64,000 nucleotides of DNA from Thermodesulfobacteriota bacterium (GTDB lineage: Bacteria > Desulfobacterota_D > UBA1144 > Nemesobacterales > Nemesobacteraceae), in NCBI GenBank assembly GCA_965221875.1, contig OZ244920.1, positions 361,164 to 425,163 of the forward strand, written 5' to 3'. Under the pieces are notes generated by a model. The model did no database searches, was not told where the DNA came from, and saw nothing but the letters and a program-made list of their open reading frames with translations. A program made the position numbers and the translations under genes. Within the stretch, counting starts at the first letter, position 1; each line of letters starts with the position of its first letter. This document shows, piece by piece, positions 29,406 through 37,759 of the stretch.

Positions 29406-31495
29406 CAAGGCTCTCTTATTCTTGAAGCGAATTGCGGAGCTGATACCGGGGAGCAAACAATTTGTCGGCGCAGAACAGGGGTTTGTGCCGGAAAGCCGCC
29501 CTCCCGGACATTGCCGGCACGCGTACCGGTACTTTTTGACGTTTGCCGGCGAAGTGTCGCCTTGAGATTCCGGATTTTTATGGAAATAAAGATGGCGGGG
29601 AATATTCTGCCAGGCTAACCCGGTGAGAACAGGGCTTCAAAAGCCGCTTCCCTGTTCAGCGCGAAGTGTCTGGTGGCCTCGGCCGCGCTTTTGAACTTGT
29701 TGTGGAAAATAACCGCGAGCGCTATGTTGGCGCACGCGGCGTTGTTGGCGGGAGCGCCGCCCACGCGAGAGAGACATCTGTCTTCTCCGAAGGTTGTGTC
29801 GCGTATGAGGTGATTTCTGGTCTCCACTGACCAGTGTCCCCTGTTCCAGGCAAGCAGTTGTTCGGGAGTGCCCCTGCGCTTGTCAACCGACGTAATCCCG
29901 AAAGCGTATTCAACAGTCTGTTTCCGTGTCTTCATATCCTTGCGCCATCGCCTCACCCGAAACACCTGTTTCACGCAAGGGTAATTGATCATTCTCCTGT
30001 AGGCGTCCATAACCTCTATGGAACGCCGCTCCATACGCCCATGCTCCTTGTTCAGCGCCTCGGCGAAACGTCTCTCGGCGTCCCGCTCCCAGTTCACCGA
30101 ACTCAGCACCTCGTAAGTGCGCGGACTGTTGCCCTTAACCGTGAACAGGTAGTCCGCGCCATGGGTCTCCACGATGGAGCGGGCGGTGTTTCTCGTGGTA
30201 TGCAGGGCGTCAAGCGTTATGATCCTCCCCTCTATGGAGACTTCTTCGAGCAAAGCTGCGACCGCTGCTCTCTCCCCGCCTTCTTCCCTGAAGTTAAGAC
30301 TCCCCAGAGGCGCCCCGCTCCCATGTTCCACCAGAGTTACAACCTCATAATGCTCATCCCCGTTTCTGTTGGCCCCCCGTATCCGTTTGCCGTCTGCTGC
30401 CACAGCCTCCCCGAAACGTACCCGCGCGGAGGAATAACGCGCGAGCGTTTCCTCAAGCTCCCTGGGGTCCAGGCGGCTTATTACCCTGTGCATAGTGGCC
30501 CTTGAAACTGCGTCGTAGCGGCCCGTCTTCCTGTTGTACCATCCCCCAAGAGCCTTAAGCTCATTCTGGGAGAGACTCTTTGCGTACTGCGCCGCCGCGT
30601 CACCACCCCTCATCCCCGAGAGAAACGAGAGAATGTATATAGCCACAACGCACGCCACGCTGTGCTTTCTGCCCTGGGCCCTGCGGAAATCCTCCACCTC
30701 CCGCAATTCATCGTAAAGCGAACGCAGCGCCTCGTCCGACCTGCGGGTGCCCGCCCTCTTCGCTCTCCACCGCTCTCCCAAAGCGTTGCCGCGGCGAAGC
30801 ATCCCGCGGGCCCCTCGCCTCAGAGGATATACGTACAGCTCCTTCCTGTTGCCGTGGGGTTTCCTGTAAGCTCCGTTTGACCGGGGATATCCCCTGCTTA
30901 AACCCACGTACTTCCAGTTAGACGCCTTGTACATAGCTCCCGAAAAATGCCTGGGGTCCACGAAACTCTCCGCCAGAAGCAGACCGTGCCCGTAACGCTC
31001 CTCCCAGTCCCCGCTCAGCCGCTTCGTCATGGACCCCATGAAGTACGAGGCCAGATTGGGAAACTCTCCCGCCTCGCCCAGAACCAGAAACCGGGTGTTG
31101 TTACCTATGAGATGAAGATTGCGGAACTGACACTCCGGCTTCCACCCCACCCAGCGGTCCCGCGGAGCGCACTTGAAAGCTCCCGCCTGCCATCCGGCGA
31201 TCGCTATCCATCGCCCCTCGTACTCCGCCACGTACCGAAGACCCCGACCCGCAAACTGCTTGAACCCAAGATAGTGATTCTCGTTCATAAGTTCGTTCCA
31301 TCTGGGAACTTCGTCACAACGCGCAACTCTCACGGCAACGTCCTTGAGAACGAACTTCGGAGTTGGAACCGATGATGACCCCTTGCTCATAAACACTGTT
31401 TATAACAGCATTTATGGAAAAAAGCCAGCAATATCTTTAAACCCCCGCCATCCTTCAATAATGCCAACCCCTCTCCTTAGCGTGAGAGAGCCTTG
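29406..31495 (-). mobile_element. ISAs1-like IS element (2,090 bp) with 11-bp perfect terminal IRs and a 10-bp target-site duplication
   Basis: CAAGGCTCTCT at 29406-29416 and its reverse complement AGAGAGCCTTG at 31485-31495; flanked by the direct repeat GAACTAACTG (29396-29405 and 31496-31505). Confidence 0.75.
29615..31396 (-). CDS. ISAs1-family DDE transposase with an about 220-aa N-terminal extension domain (DUF4338-like?)
   Basis: C-terminal two-thirds matches DDE_Tnp_1_assoc plus DDE_Tnp_1 (..LAWNRGHWSVETRNHLIRDTTFGEDRC..); the N-terminus (..FVDPRHFSGAMYKASNWKYVGLSRGY..) is not part of canonical ISAs1 transposases. Confidence 0.75.
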   Translation of the reverse strand: MFMSKGSSSVPTPKFVLKDVAVRVARCDEVPRWNELMNENHYLGFKQFAGRGLRYVAEYEGRWIAIAGWQAGAFKCAPRDRWVGWKPECQFRNLHLIGNNTRFLVLGEAGEFPNLASYFMGSMTKRLSGDWEERYGHGLLLAESFVDPRHFSGAMYKASNWKYVGLSRGYPRSNGAYRKPHGNRKELYVYPLRRGARGMLRRGNALGERWRAKRAGTRRSDEALRSLYDELREVEDFRRAQGRKHSVACVVAIYILSFLSGMRGGDAAAQYAKSLSQNELKALGGWYNRKTGRYDAVSRATMHRVISRLDPRELEETLARYSSARVRFGEAVAADGKRIRGANRNGDEHYEVVTLVEHGSGAPLGSLNFREEGGERAAVAALLEEVSIEGRIITLDALHTTRNTARSIVETHGADYLFTVKGNSPRTYEVLSSVNWERDAERRFAEALNKEHGRMERRSIEVMDAYRRMINYPCVKQVFRVRRWRKDMKTRKQTVEYAFGITSVDKRRGTPEQLLAWNRGHWSVETRNHLIRDTTFGEDRCLSRVGGAPANNAACANIALAVIFHNKFKSAAEATRHFALNREAAFEALFSPG

Positions 31496-31550
31496 GAACT
31501 AACTGGAACGATTAAAACGCGTTGACGGTATTCATAATCCACATGTCTGA

Positions 31551-33302
31551 TTATCCGCCGGAGCGGTTTCCAATCTCCTCCATGATCTTTTTGCAAATAA
31601 CCGCAACTACACGGTCTACTTCTGCGCTACGGCTGTCAAGTTCACGATATTCAATGCGGTCATGAAGACTTGGAATCAGTTTATCATTGATAGCTACTTC
31701 TCTTGAGACTCCATCAGCATCAAGAACCCATTCAATGAACAAAGCCAGGCTGAATCCCGTATTACCCTTGCCTGTATAACCGTATAAGAGATATTCACGT
31801 CCTATTTTAAGTTTTCGCTCGTTGCCAAGACTAAACCCCGGTTTGGTTATATAATCTTCCTTCGTTTGTTCCCAAGAGCCCGGAACACGTCCTAACTCCC
31901 TCGGTCGGCTGCCGAATACCACGAAAAAAAACGAGTTGCTTTCGTTAAACAACCCCGCAATCTTCTGGTTTACAGGAATCTCTAATTCATCAAGTGTCGG
32001 TTGTACATAAGAGTGGTATACTCTGTCAAGCTTCTCGACGTCGGAATCTGGAGCAGAGGATCCCATTTTGCTTTCCAGAAGAACAGTCATATCCTGATCG
32101 ACTTCAAAACGCTCAAGTGCTCCATGCAGATCGGCAAATGGTACAACCTCTCCCATACTCCTAGATTGGCGGTCCGTACCACCGTAAACAACTGCTTTCG
32201 TCAAGACCCTTGGGACCAACTCGGCAATTTTGTTTAGCGAATCAAAATAATCCGAGGCAATCGTAGCACCAGACTTGATTTCGATAGCACCCAGACCATT
32301 ACCGGTCTCAAATAAAAGATCACATTCCAGCCCTCTGCTGTCCCGGAAAAAATACGGATTAAACCGTCGTCCCTGATTAAAACGATATTTTAGCGTCTCA
32401 ACCACAACCGCGTTTTCAAAGAGCGCTCCGCGCGACGAGTGAGTGGCGATATGTTCAGGTCTCTCAATGCCGAGAAGATATCTGGCAAGGCCGACATCAT
32501 AGAAGTAAAGCTTGGGCGATTTAACCAGACGCTTCCGGATATTGGCATGAAACGGTGGTAATCTGAAAAGCACATAACTTGCTTCCAGCAAAGTAATCCA
32601 CTGCTGGGCCGTGGTGCGAGATACTCCGGCATCCGAACCCAAAGAAGCGACATTTACAACCTGCCCTATGCGCCCGGCACACAGACGAACGAAAGAACGA
32701 AAGGCTGAAAGGTTGCGAATTTCCGCAATTCTGCGCACATCGCGTTCGACATAAACTTCAAAATAGTCCCCCAGCACTTGTTGCGGATCAAGCTTCTGAT
32801 CGTGAATCCGGGGATAGAAGCCCGAATAGAGTATATGGTCTATTGAATTGTCGGCACCAGTTCGCTGAAGTTCCGGTAGGGAAAACGGCAACAGGTAGAG
32901 AAGCGCAGTCCGTCCAGCGAGGGACTGACTTACGGATTGTGAAAGCACAAGATTTTCACTGCCCGTGAGAACAAAGAGACTGTTTTCCCTTTTCTCATCA
33001 GCAAGAACCTGAAGATAAGACAATAGTTCGGGAACACGCTGGATCTCATCTAAAATGGCCCCTCCTTCAAGCCGGTAAAGAAAGTTGAGCGGATCAGAAT
33101 GTGCAAATTCCCGCTGATTGATATCTTCCAGGTTGACGTACTTAAGATGGGGGAAGGTCTCACGGCAAAGAGTTGTTTTGCCGGATTGGCGGGGCCCGGT
33201 CAGGGTTACAAAAGGATATTGCTTAAACAACCTGACCAAGCAGGGAGTGATATCGCGTTTAATCATGTTGGCAAACATACCGTAATTCTGCACAATATGC
33301 AA
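31551..33302 (-). CDS. AAA_14/DUF4143-family ATPase with an extra about 175-aa C-terminal domain of unknown function
   Basis: Walker A LTGPRQSGKTTL; length 575-583 aa against about 400 aa for the canonical family; the start may be the ATG at 33278. Confidence 0.65.
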   Translation of the reverse strand: MHIVQNYGMFANMIKRDITPCLVRLFKQYPFVTLTGPRQSGKTTLCRETFPHLKYVNLEDINQREFAHSDPLNFLYRLEGGAILDEIQRVPELLSYLQVLADEKRENSLFVLTGSENLVLSQSVSQSLAGRTALLYLLPFSLPELQRTGADNSIDHILYSGFYPRIHDQKLDPQQVLGDYFEVYVERDVRRIAEIRNLSAFRSFVRLCAGRIGQVVNVASLGSDAGVSRTTAQQWITLLEASYVLFRLPPFHANIRKRLVKSPKLYFYDVGLARYLLGIERPEHIATHSSRGALFENAVVVETLKYRFNQGRRFNPYFFRDSRGLECDLLFETGNGLGAIEIKSGATIASDYFDSLNKIAELVPRVLTKAVVYGGTDRQSRSMGEVVPFADLHGALERFEVDQDMTVLLESKMGSSAPDSDVEKLDRVYHSYVQPTLDELEIPVNQKIAGLFNESNSFFFVVFGSRPRELGRVPGSWEQTKEDYITKPGFSLGNERKLKIGREYLLYGYTGKGNTGFSLALFIEWVLDADGVSREVAINDKLIPSLHDRIEYRELDSRSAEVDRVVAVICKKIMEEIGNRSGG

Positions 33303-33326
33303 GTACTACTTTCATATTGTGCAGAA
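33286..33326. promoter_or_regulatory. perfect 14-bp inverted repeat (TTCTGCACAATATG...CATATTGTGCAGAA) at the 5' end of the ATPase gene
   Basis: Read directly from the sequence; 13-nt spacer; overlaps the alternative TTG start. Confidence 0.4.
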
Positions 33327-33540
33327 AATCTCCCTGTTCTGCATTTTTCAGTCTTGTTTTCACCGAATAATGAAACCGTGTCTGATGAATTCGCAGCAAT
33401 AAGGGTAATTCAACCAGATTCCGCTTGGCTAAGATCAGCTATTGTCGGTTCAACATAGAGAATCCTCCACGACCTGAGATGCGGCTGCCATTGCTTAAAA
33501 ACGGGATAGAGTTTCCTGTGAACAATTCAAGGAAAAGTCT

Positions 33541-35316
33541 TCATGTTTTCTTTTCGATGTGGAGACTGCTTTTTTTATCTTCCTTGAATAATTCCTTCAA
33601 CTCCCGCGCTGTATCGAACGCATCTTCAGAAGACCCGGATTTATCGTGGTAAGCCGCCATCTGACTATCGAGAGTCCGGGCATCATGCTCCTGAAACTCC
33701 TGAACTATCCCCGCAGCTTCAGACGGTGGTAACCCCAGATGCTCAAGCAGTTGGGTTGAAAGAGCAAGACTTGAAAGCAGGGTCTCGCGAATAACGGAGC
33801 TCACTCCCAGCTCGCGGAGCTTTGCTTCGTGAAAGCGGTCCCTCGCACGCGCCATGATTTTAAGGTCCGGAAAGGCACTGGACACCTGACTGACTATTCT
33901 CAGCGACGCTTCGACATCGTCAATCGCCACTACGATCGCGGGAGCCCGGTCAACATGGGCGGACAGCAGAACCCGCAGGTCTGACGCGTTGCCATAGTAT
34001 GTCTCACTTGTGAACTGATGAACGGATTCAACCCTCTTGGCATTAAGTTCAATCACCGTAAACGGAATTTCAAGCATGGCCAGTATTCGGACTACGATCT
34101 GACCGAAGGAGCCAAAACCTACGATGATGACGGAATTCTGCGATCCATTGGTTTCCTCTGCCGGTGTCGGCTCGCGGTCTTTGTCGGCACCGAAGCGGGC
34201 AACGAACCCAACGAGAAAAGGCGTTGCCGCCATCGACAACGTTACAACCAAAACGGCAATATCAACGACGAACTGATCCACAAGCTGCCCCGAAACACCT
34301 ACGGTAAACAGAATAAAAGCAAACTCCCCGCCCTGGGAAAGCACAAGCCCTGTCCGTACCGCTTCATCGTGCCCAAGACCCTGCAATCTGGCAAGCGGGT
34401 ATATAACGAGCGATTTTGCGGCCATGAGAGCCGCGGTCAATCCGACAATCAAAATCGGCTTGCTGATCAGCAGATCCAAATTGGCCGACATGCCGACCGC
34501 GATGAAGAAAAGACCCACAAGCAGTCCCTTAAAAGGCAGCACGTCCGCTTCAAGCTGGTGGCGATATTCAGAATCGGCAACCATCACACCCGCTATGAAG
34601 GCCCCAAGCCCCATTGAAAAACCAATGCTGTGCATAGCCAGGGCGGCACCTGTAACAAGCGTGAGCGCAGCGGCCGTGAAAAGTTCGTGAATTCCCGTGG
34701 AGGCAACAAAACGCAGGGCGCGGGGAAGCGTAAACCTAGCGATCACAAATCCGGCCACAATAGCAATAAAAAGCAGCAAATTCAACGACACAGAGTCCCC
34801 GGGCGAAGAAGAAAGGAGGCCTACTAAGGCTATTGCCGGAATAACGGCGACATCCTGCATGAGCAGCGTGCCGAAAGCCGCACGTCCATGAGGCCTATTG
34901 AGTTCCCTGTGCTCACCGAGCCACTGTACGACAAATGCCGTGCTTGAAAGAGCAAGGGAGAATCCGATCAGCATTGACGCGGACAAGCCCATCCCTAAAA
35001 GCATGAAGCAGAACACCGCAATGACGACTGAAGTTATGAGTATCTGGGTTATACCAAGCCCGAAGAGGAATCTCCGCATGGCCCAGAGGCGATGCGGACG
35101 AAGCTCAAGCCCGATGAGAAAAAGCAGCAGAACAATTCCGAACTCAGCAAAGTGCAGAACTTCCGTTGCATTGCCTACAAGCCCGAACACGCTCGGGCCG
35201 ATCAGCAATCCAACCAGCAGGTAGCCAAGCACGCTGCTCAACCCAAACTTACGGCAGATGGGAACAACGACAATCGTCGCCAGCAGAAAAATGAAAGCTT
35301 CAACCAAAAGGCCCAT
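33541..35316 (-). CDS. kefB: CPA2-family K+/H+ antiporter with a C-terminal TrkA-N (KefB/KefC-like) domain
   Basis: 591 aa; Na_H exchanger TM core plus VIIVGFGSFGQ Rossmann motif. Confidence 0.8.
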   Translation of the reverse strand: MGLLVEAFIFLLATIVVVPICRKFGLSSVLGYLLVGLLIGPSVFGLVGNATEVLHFAEFGIVLLLFLIGLELRPHRLWAMRRFLFGLGITQILITSVVIAVFCFMLLGMGLSASMLIGFSLALSSTAFVVQWLGEHRELNRPHGRAAFGTLLMQDVAVIPAIALVGLLSSSPGDSVSLNLLLFIAIVAGFVIARFTLPRALRFVASTGIHELFTAAALTLVTGAALAMHSIGFSMGLGAFIAGVMVADSEYRHQLEADVLPFKGLLVGLFFIAVGMSANLDLLISKPILIVGLTAALMAAKSLVIYPLARLQGLGHDEAVRTGLVLSQGGEFAFILFTVGVSGQLVDQFVVDIAVLVVTLSMAATPFLVGFVARFGADKDREPTPAEETNGSQNSVIIVGFGSFGQIVVRILAMLEIPFTVIELNAKRVESVHQFTSETYYGNASDLRVLLSAHVDRAPAIVVAIDDVEASLRIVSQVSSAFPDLKIMARARDRFHEAKLRELGVSSVIRETLLSSLALSTQLLEHLGLPPSEAAGIVQEFQEHDARTLDSQMAAYHDKSGSSEDAFDTARELKELFKEDKKSSLHIEKKT

Positions 35317-35604
35317 CTGACCTCCTGCGAAACGGATTCGAATCCCGCTCCCTCAAGATTTCTTTTTGTTTAACCAACTCAGACATCGCTCAACAGGCGT
35401 AACTCCCTCGGAACTTCTGACTCACACTGAAATGCGGGCAAGTAAAAACGGACCGTAAACCGCTTTTCGGGTTCAGGACGGCATTTGCGGGAAATCCTGG
35501 TTAAAACGCAGTCCTGCGCTCTGAGATATGTTAATAAGGTCGGAAAGATTTCTCAAACATAAGAAAGAAGATTAAAGATTCAGAACTTGAGGATTTTTTG
35601 GGGT

Positions 35605-35645
35605 ACGGAATATGAGGAAAAAACGGAAAAGCCGTATCGGCTTTA
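35605..35645 (-). terminator. putative intrinsic terminator after trpG
   Basis: On the minus strand, AAAGCCGATACGGCTTT hairpin followed by TCCGTTTTTTCC; it overlaps the trpG stop. Confidence 0.5.
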
Positions 35646-36233
35646 CCCATAGCAGTCGATAAAGTTCCTGAGAAGATCCTTTCCACACTCTGTAAGAATG
35701 GATTCAGGGTGGAACTGAACGCCCTCAACAGGAAATTCTTTGTGCCTTATCCCCATGATTTCACCCTCTTCGGTCCAGGCGGAAATCTCGAAGTCGGACG
35801 GAAGGGATGCTTCTTCCACCAAAAGCGAATGGTATCTCGTAGCCTCAAAGGGATTTGGAATATCCTTATAGATGGTTTCTCCGTCGTGGATAATCGGGGA
35901 GGTTTTTCCGTGCAGAAGCCTCTCAGCCCGGACTATGTTCGCCCCGTACGCATAACCTACAGCTTGGTGACCCAGACAAACGCCGAGAATGGGTTTTTTT
36001 CCTACATACTTTTTTATTATGTCAACCGAAAGACCCGCCTCCTTGGGTGTGCAGGGTCCAGGAGAGATCACAATCACATCGGGATCAAGATCATCCACGA
36101 AAGCGAAATCAAGGCAGTCGTTTCTCTTCACCTCGATCTGCTGGCCGAGCTCCCCCAAGTAGTGAACCAAGTTATAGGTAAAGGAATCGTAATTATCGAT
36201 CATAAGAATCATCTTTCTTTTGTTCCCGGCCAT
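35643..36233 (-). CDS. trpG: anthranilate synthase component II (glutamine amidotransferase)
   Basis: MILMIDNYDSFTYNLVHYLGELG and catalytic LGVCLGHQ; ATGA overlap with trpE. Confidence 0.85.
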   Translation of the reverse strand: MAGNKRKMILMIDNYDSFTYNLVHYLGELGQQIEVKRNDCLDFAFVDDLDPDVIVISPGPCTPKEAGLSVDIIKKYVGKKPILGVCLGHQAVGYAYGANIVRAERLLHGKTSPIIHDGETIYKDIPNPFEATRYHSLLVEEASLPSDFEISAWTEEGEIMGIRHKEFPVEGVQFHPESILTECGKDLLRNFIDCYG

Positions 36234-37720
36234 CAGAGTCCCTCCTCCGCAAGCTCAACCGATTTCACCAAGGCCTTTACCTTGTTAACCGTTTCTTGAT
36301 ACTCGGTTTCTGGGTTGGAATCTGCCACTATGCCGGCTCCCGCCTGTATATAGATTTTACCGTCTTTTATCACAAACGTTCTTATGGTTATGCAGCTGTC
36401 CATGTTGCCTGAAAAGCTGAAGTAGCAGACACAGCCCCCGTACGCCCCCCTCGTCGCCGGCTCGGTCTCTTCGATTATCTCCATCGCCCTTACCTTCGGC
36501 GCTCCGGAAAGAGTGCCTGCGGGGAAAGTCGCCTTTATTACGTCAAAGGCATCCGCACCTTCGGCAAGCAGAGCGGTAACATTTGAAACTATATGCATCA
36601 CGTGGGAATATCTCTCCACGATCATGAATTCGTCAACCCCGACCGATCCCATATCGGAAACCCTCCCCAGATCGTTTCTCGCAAGATCAACCAGCATTAT
36701 GTGCTCGGCCCTCTCCTTGGGATCAGCTATGAGTTCGGCCGCGAGGCTATCGTCCTCGGAAACGGTTTTTCCCCTAGGTCTCGTTCCGGCTATCGGGCGA
36801 CTTGCGATTCTTTTCCCCTCGACCCTCACCATTACCTCGGGAGAGGATCCGGTGAGTATCTCATCGCCCATCCTCAGGAAAAACATGTACGGGGAAGGGT
36901 TTAGTATCCTGAGCGCCCTGTAGAGATCGAAAGGATCGACCCTGAGATCCGTTTTCCATCTCTGGGATATCACGGCCTGTATTATGTCCCCCGATTTTAT
37001 GTATTCCTTGGTCCTGAGAACCGCGTCATTGAAGTGTGCGGGTTCGAAGTTGGACTCGAGCGTGAATTCTTCTTCGCCGACATTCCGAGAAACACCGTCA
37101 GTAAACACCTCGCCGAGCGAACTTTTGAGCTTGTCTTTAAGCTCGGCTATTTTCGCAAGGGACTTTTCGTACTCCTCCCTCGCATTTTTAACGTCGGGAA
37201 CATAAGCGTTTGAAATGATCTTTATCTTGCTCGTAACGTTATCAAACGCCAAAACGGTATCCATTACCATGTAAATGGAGTCCCAGAGCTTGAGTTCATC
37301 AGGAGAGGTATCGGGAATATTCTCTATAAACCTGACCATGTCGTAACCGAAGTAACCGACCGCTCCCCCGTGAAATCTCGGAAGCTCCTCCGAGAAAACC
37401 GGCCTGTATCGTGAAAGCAGGTCCCGCAGCGCCAGAATCGGGTCACCCGTGAACGTTTCGGTTTCCCCGTCTGAGCGCATTATCTCGATGTTTCTGCCCT
37501 TTGAGCGGAATACCACAGAGGGTTCCGTACCCAGAAAGCTGTAGCGCGCCCACTTGTCTCCACCCTCCACGCTTTCGAAAAGAAAAGAGTAATCGGGCGA
37601 GTCTATCTTCCTGAAAACCGAAACCGGGGTGTCGTAATCGGCCAGAACTTCCTCCCAAACGGGCACGAGATTCCCGTGCTTAAGGTTCTCGAGGAACTGC
37701 TCGTAGGAGGGAGAAATCAT
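36233..37720 (-). CDS. trpE: anthranilate synthase component I
   Basis: Start set at MISPSYEQF (ATG at 37720); the ORF track extends it to 37891 by reading into the IS left end; chorismate-binding domain motifs are present. Confidence 0.85.
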   Translation of the reverse strand: MISPSYEQFLENLKHGNLVPVWEEVLADYDTPVSVFRKIDSPDYSFLFESVEGGDKWARYSFLGTEPSVVFRSKGRNIEIMRSDGETETFTGDPILALRDLLSRYRPVFSEELPRFHGGAVGYFGYDMVRFIENIPDTSPDELKLWDSIYMVMDTVLAFDNVTSKIKIISNAYVPDVKNAREEYEKSLAKIAELKDKLKSSLGEVFTDGVSRNVGEEEFTLESNFEPAHFNDAVLRTKEYIKSGDIIQAVISQRWKTDLRVDPFDLYRALRILNPSPYMFFLRMGDEILTGSSPEVMVRVEGKRIASRPIAGTRPRGKTVSEDDSLAAELIADPKERAEHIMLVDLARNDLGRVSDMGSVGVDEFMIVERYSHVMHIVSNVTALLAEGADAFDVIKATFPAGTLSGAPKVRAMEIIEETEPATRGAYGGCVCYFSFSGNMDSCITIRTFVIKDGKIYIQAGAGIVADSNPETEYQETVNKVKALVKSVELAEEGL

Positions 37721-37759
37721 GAGAGGAAATGATAAGACTCGAAAAATTAAAGTCAAGAA

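Noticed and set aside
35320-35350. ggattcgaatcc motif resembling a tRNA T-loop, upstream of kefB
   Set aside because: I could not build an acceptor, D or anticodon arm on either strand, and the flanking bases do not pair as a T-stem. It is more likely a simple short palindrome.
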